The notes beneath the pieces were generated by a model. It made no database searches and had not been told where the DNA came from. It saw only the letters and a list, made by a program, of their open reading frames with translations. Source: an uncultured virus (IMG/VR IMGVR_UViG_3300021335_000006) (taxonomy: Duplodnaviria; Heunggongvirae; Uroviricota; Caudoviricetes). Taken from it: a DNA stretch of 64,000 nt. How positions within the stretch are numbered: the stretch's first letter is position 1; the number at the start of each line of letters is the position of its first letter. Shown here piece by piece: positions 61,543 through 64,000 of the stretch. The translations under genes were made by a program, and so were the position numbers. Location of the stretch: the IMG/VR virus record IMGVR_UViG_3300021335_000006, positions 1 through 64,000 of that record. The stretch is one strand, 5' to 3'.

Positions 61543-64000
61543 ATGGCATTTCAAGTAAGTCCCGGTGTCAATGTTAGCGAAATCGACTTAACGTCCGTTG
61601 TCCCAGCGGTAGCGGTCTCTGTCGGTGCTATCGCTGGCGTTTTTCGATGGGGCCCTGTGAACGAAAGGGTTCTGATTTCAAATGAGAAGCAACTGGTTAG
61701 CACTTTTGGTGAACCCACTTCTTATTTCAAAGATTCACAATATACGAGTCAGTGGCGTAACTACGAAACGTTTTTCACTGCATCAAACTTCCTCAACTAC
61801 TCAAATGCTTTGTACGTAGTTCGTACAACTGGCGGTGATCGTGTTCAGGTTGCTACGATGGATTTTGCTGTTGCAGATTCATCTATTTCTGCAACAGGTG
61901 CCGATTTCGATACTAAGCTACAAGTAGGAGATGAGATTGAAGTATCTGGCTCTACTAGCAACGATGGTTACTACAGAGTAACTTCAATTCCTAGCTCAAC
62001 TAAAATCATCGTAGAAGGCGTAACTTCTAATTACGCAATTGCTCAAGATCTCGCAGACGCAGGTACATTTGCTGAAGGTCCTGTAGTTGACAGTGCCGCT
62101 CGTGCCGCATTTTCAACTAATTTCCAAGCAAAGTATCAAGGTCGTCTTGGTAATAGTCTTGCTGTTTCTTACTGCTCAACTCAAGCAAATGGCACAAGTG
62201 CATTTGAAGCTGTTGATGCAGGCTACACAATTGCTATCACTCCGTTTGATTCTGTAAATCCTTCAGTCGTTTCTGGTTTTACAACTGAGACGGAAGCCCA
62301 AAACTTTGCTGATGTAGGCGATAATGTAATTCTGGAAGACGGAACAAATCTTAAGATCGAAAGTATTGCCGCTGTTCAAGTAGAAGATAACATTGGTGCT
62401 ACTGCTCTGAACATCGTGAATAGCGATGCGAACGTGGTAGATTCTGTCACTGGCACTGGTTTTATTTTTACTACAGGTCCAGAAACAATTGCGTCTCCAA
62501 CTCAAGACTTTACAGTTTTCCAGCCCGGCGAAACAATTGTTATTAGTGGTGCAACAGAAGCTGGTAACAACGGTACATTTACAGTCGTAAGTGCTGTAGA
62601 TGATACTGGCGGATCAGGTAATTACATCTTGACTGTTTCTGGTGGAACGCTAACTGCTGATGCTGGTGACGCAAACGCAATCACAATTACTGGTGAGCCT
62701 AACGGATCTGTATACACGGCTACTGATACTTTCTTCATCAAGAATCACGGTCTGACAACAGGTGATGCTGTTCAGTATAACGTAGGTGGCGGTAATAACG
62801 ATGCTATCGACGGTCTTGAAGACGGAACTGTGTACTACGCAATTGTAGTTGATACAAATAACTTCAAGCTGGCTACAACATACGAAAATGCTGAAGCAGG
62901 AACTGCAATCAATATCACTTCATTCGGTGGAGTCGATGGCGGCGTTACTCAAACGTTTGGTATCTCTGATAGCTGGTCAGCGAACGTCACGTTCGAAAAT
63001 GTGTATACTGGAGCAACTACTTACGATTCTGGATTCAGCGTACAGTGGGCGGACGCAGGTCTTTTCCTCACTAAGCCAACTGCAAGCCACGTACACGTTG
63101 TTGTAAGAGATCTTGACGGATCAATTACTGGTGTAGTTAATCAGATCTTGGAAGTTTACGAAGACGTAAGCACTGTTCCAGGCGCTACAAAGTCAGATGG
63201 TTCAGTTAACTATCTTGCTGACGTACTTACTGATAAGTCAAACTACATTGCTTGCTCTAGCCCTTCAGCGCTTGTTGCAACTGCTACTTCTGAGCAACAA
63301 TCACTAACTCTCGGTTACGACGGTGATGATGAAGCTAATATCAGCATCGGTAAAGTTGCTGAAGGTTATGATCTGTACAAAGATGCTTCTACAGTTGACA
63401 TTGCACTTGTTATGCAAGGTAAAGCAAGAGGTACAACTCTGGGTAATTACATCACAAACAATATTGCAGAGTCTAGAAAAGACTGTGTTGCGTTTGTATC
63501 ACCCGAAGAGTCTGACACAACAGTCAGTGCTGTAATTGACTTTGCAGGCACATTGACAGGAAGCACATACATGATCGTCGATACTGGATACAAGTATCAA
63601 TACGATAAGTTCAACGATGTATATCGTTGGGTGCCTCTCAACGGCGATATCGCTGGTCTTTGTGCGAGAACAGACGAAGTTCGTGATCCTTGGTTCTCTC
63701 CTGCTGGATTGAATAGAGGTGTTATCAAGAATGTTGTGAAGCTGAGAATCAATCCTACTAAAGCAGAAAGAGACTTATTGTACGTAAATAATGTCAACCC
63801 TGTTGTCTCAGAGCCTGGCGCTGGAACAATTCTGTTTGGTGACAAGACGTTCGCTACGACTGCAAGCGCATTCGATAGAATCAATGTCCGAAGATTGTTC
63901 ATTGTTCTTGAGAAGGCTATCTCGATTGCTTCTAAGTCATTGTTGTTCGAATTCAACGATGAGTTCACGAGAGCGCAGTTTAAGAATCTCGTGGAGCCCT
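61543..64000 (+). CDS. gp18: Tail sheath protein gp18 (3'-truncated; absent from the supplied ORF track)
   Basis: Hand translation from the ATG at 61543 (AGGAG upstream) gives MAFQVSPGVNVSEIDLT...FRWGP...FLNYSNALYVVR...AKYQGRLGNSL...PWFSPAGLNRG...FGDKT...FDRINVRRLF; the segments I translated are in one open frame to the window end. Confidence 0.96.
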   Translation, partial: MAFQVSPGVNVSEIDLTSVVPAVAVSVGAIAGVFRWGPVNERVLISNEKQLVSTFGEPTSYFKDSQYTSQWRNYETFFTASNFLNYSNALYVVRTTGGDRVQVATMDFAVADSSISATGADFDTKLQVGDEIEVSGSTSNDGYYRVTSIPSSTKIIVEGVTSNYAIAQDLADAGTFAEGPVVDSAARAAFSTNFQAKYQGRLGNSLAVSYCSTQANGTSAFEAVDAGYTIAITPFDSVNPSVVSGFTTETEAQNFADVGDNVILEDGTNLKIESIAAVQVEDNIGATALNIVNSDANVVDSVTGTGFIFTTGPETIASPTQDFTVFQPGETIVISGATEAGNNGTFTVVSAVDDTGGSGNYILTVSGGTLTADAGDANAITITGEPNGSVYTATDTFFIKNHGLTTGDAVQYNVGGGNNDAIDGLEDGTVYYAIVVDTNNFKLATTYENAEAGTAINITSFGGVDGGVTQTFGISDSWSANVTFENVYTGATTYDSGFSVQWADAGLFLTKPTASHVHVVVRDLDGSITGVVNQILEVYEDVSTVPGATKSDGSVNYLADVLTDKSNYIACSSPSALVATATSEQQSLTLGYDGDDEANISIGKVAEGYDLYKDASTVDIALVMQGKARGTTLGNYITNNIAESRKDCVAFVSPEESDTTVSAVIDFAGTLTGSTYMIVDTGYKYQYDKFNDVYRWVPLNGDIAGLCARTDEVRDPWFSPAGLNRGVIKNVVKLRINPTKAERDLLYVNNVNPVVSEPGAGTILFGDKTFATTASAFDRINVRRLFIVLEKAISIASKSLLFEFNDEFTRAQFKNLVEP

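Noticed and set aside
44..63968. The many short (60-160 aa) ORFs in alternative frames and on the minus strand, e.g. 46309..46791, 56054..56470, 63597..63968
   Set aside because: They lie within long, motif-supported genes and show no recognisable motifs; they are shadow ORFs. The ones at 62263-63968 overlap gp18.
1..64000. Host or genus assignment; tRNA or other RNA genes
   Set aside because: The organisation resembles marine T4-like phages, but no host-diagnostic genes are present. Intergenic gaps are all short (under ~75 nt) and show no tRNA-like sequence.

Overview
This window is a continuous late (virion morphogenesis) region of a large T4-like myophage, organised like marine T4-like phages. 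It opens inside a gp7-like baseplate wedge gene, followed by gp8 and a VrlC/DUF4815-type structural protein. About 47 kb of baseplate-appendage and fibre genes follow: beta-helix proteins, two large paralogues, a leucine-rich-repeat protein, one inverted gene, a chain of adaptor/fibre genes, four fibres with S74 chaperones, a glycine-rich adhesin-like protein and a fibre assembly chaperone. The window ends with the conserved block gp13, gp14, gp15, gp16, gp17 and gp18. gp18 is missing from the supplied ORF track because it runs off the window end. T4-type late promoter boxes (TATAAATA and NATAAATA variants) punctuate the region. Most notable: (1) a repeated gene junction in which an HDG-type C-terminal domain gene is followed by a conserved GGGGAG..GGAACC leader and a non-AUG-start gene beginning F-x-V-[KR]-NGL; (2) a ~55-aa module that recurs seven times across five unrelated structural proteins, including the sheath; (3) three fibres sharing one N-terminal tag, suggesting a branched receptor-binding apparatus; (4) a palindromic bidirectional late promoter; (5) a 34-nt exact repeat between diverged paralogues; (6) phycobiliprotein-like KCxRD motifs. 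I saw no RNA genes, CRISPR arrays or mobile elements. All product calls come from motif recognition by eye, not database searches.
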